Source: Candidatus Levyibacteriota bacterium
GTDB lineage: Bacteria > Patescibacteriota > Microgenomatia > Levybacterales > UBA12049
Reading direction: 5' to 3'
Assembly (NCBI GenBank): GCA_016182235.1
Contig: JACOXT010000003.1
Coordinates: 386,209 to 450,208, forward strand
Length of the DNA stretch: 64,000 bases
Shown: positions 63,697 to 64,000 of the stretch, one piece after another
Layout: every line of letters begins with the position of its first letter
Numbering within the stretch: the first letter of the stretch is position 1
Position numbers and translations under genes: made by a program
Notes under the pieces: generated by a model
Seen by the model: only the letters and a program-made list of their open reading frames with translations
Told to the model about the DNA's origin: nothing
The model's database searches: none

Positions 63697-64000
63697 TCTG
63701 ATTTTAATCCTGGTTGTCATTCTTTTAGTATATTATCCTTGGTTTTTAATAAATCGTACCCTTGCGAGCGGCGATTGGCCATATTTATTTAAGGAAACAA
63801 TTCAAGGATTTTCATTTTTTCCTGACCCATCATTTCTGTGGCTAGGACCTTATTATCAGATTACTTCAAAATTTTTCGTCGAATATCTTAACATTTCATG
63901 GGAGATAACGGAACGTGTGTTTTGGTTTTGGATGTTTTTGGGTATTTCATTTTTTTCCTCAAGGTATTTATCAAAAATTATTTTAAGAAATTCAAAGTTT
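63671..64000 (+). CDS. 5' part of another polytopic membrane protein (3'-truncated by the window edge)
   Basis: ATG 63671 opens MSWLKKKTNLILILVVILLVYYPWFLINRTLASGDWPYLFKE...FWFWMFLGISFF, open to the window end. An acidic motif (SGDWPY) follows TM1, as in the other GT-C-like genes. Not in the track because it has no stop. Confidence 0.45.
   Translation, partial: MSWLKKKTNLILILVVILLVYYPWFLINRTLASGDWPYLFKETIQGFSFFPDPSFLWLGPYYQITSKFFVEYLNISWEITERVFWFWMFLGISFFSSRYLSKIILRNSKF

Noticed and set aside
1-64000. Alternative genetic code (UGA recoded, as in some candidate phyla), and mobile elements, CRISPR arrays or rRNA/tRNA genes.
   Set aside because: TGA terminates many ORFs at positions that give full-length family-typical proteins, and it takes part in ATGA/GTGA overlaps. 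I noticed no transposase or integrase motifs, terminal inverted repeats, spaced direct-repeat arrays or RNA-gene-like conserved blocks.

Overview
The window is a gene-dense (over 95% coding), low-GC (about 30%) bacterial locus. I call about 60 protein genes and find no rRNA, tRNA, CRISPR array, transposase or integrase. TGA is used as a stop throughout, including many ATGA/GTGA start-stop overlaps, so this is code 11. Composition, a DUF5667-like secreted protein and the gene repertoire suggest a small-genome CPR/Patescibacteria-type organism, but that is inference only. Almost every gene belongs to one large surface-glycan locus. It holds two divergent NDP-heptose activation modules (GmhA/HddA/HddC-like) and eleven SDR enzymes (4,6-dehydratase-like, UXS-like, four Fcl-like reductases, and GalE- and paratose-epimerase-like epimerases), plus two cupin isomerase/epimerases. 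It also holds a DegT aminotransferase, an AsnB-like amidotransferase, about ten methyltransferases including one sugar C-methyltransferase, GT2/GT4/GT10 transferases, a Wzx-like flippase and ten polytopic GT-C-like membrane proteins. The most unusual part is a higher-GC island at about 26.2-40.2 kb, made of two convergent operons. In it a PDH-E1 alpha/beta pair and a split transketolase sit inside a GDP-heptose/6-deoxy-sugar tailoring operon, next to an aldo-keto reductase fused to a ParB/Srx-like domain. That suggests an undescribed C-branched or chain-extended heptose pathway. Other observations are a recurrent leaderless-mRNA promoter geometry (which revises several start codons), a 60%-GC, 31-codon sORF coupled to a secreted protein, a doubly degenerate MT-GT2 paralogue, and paralogous membrane-protein pairs. 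All family assignments come from motifs read by eye; no database search was run.
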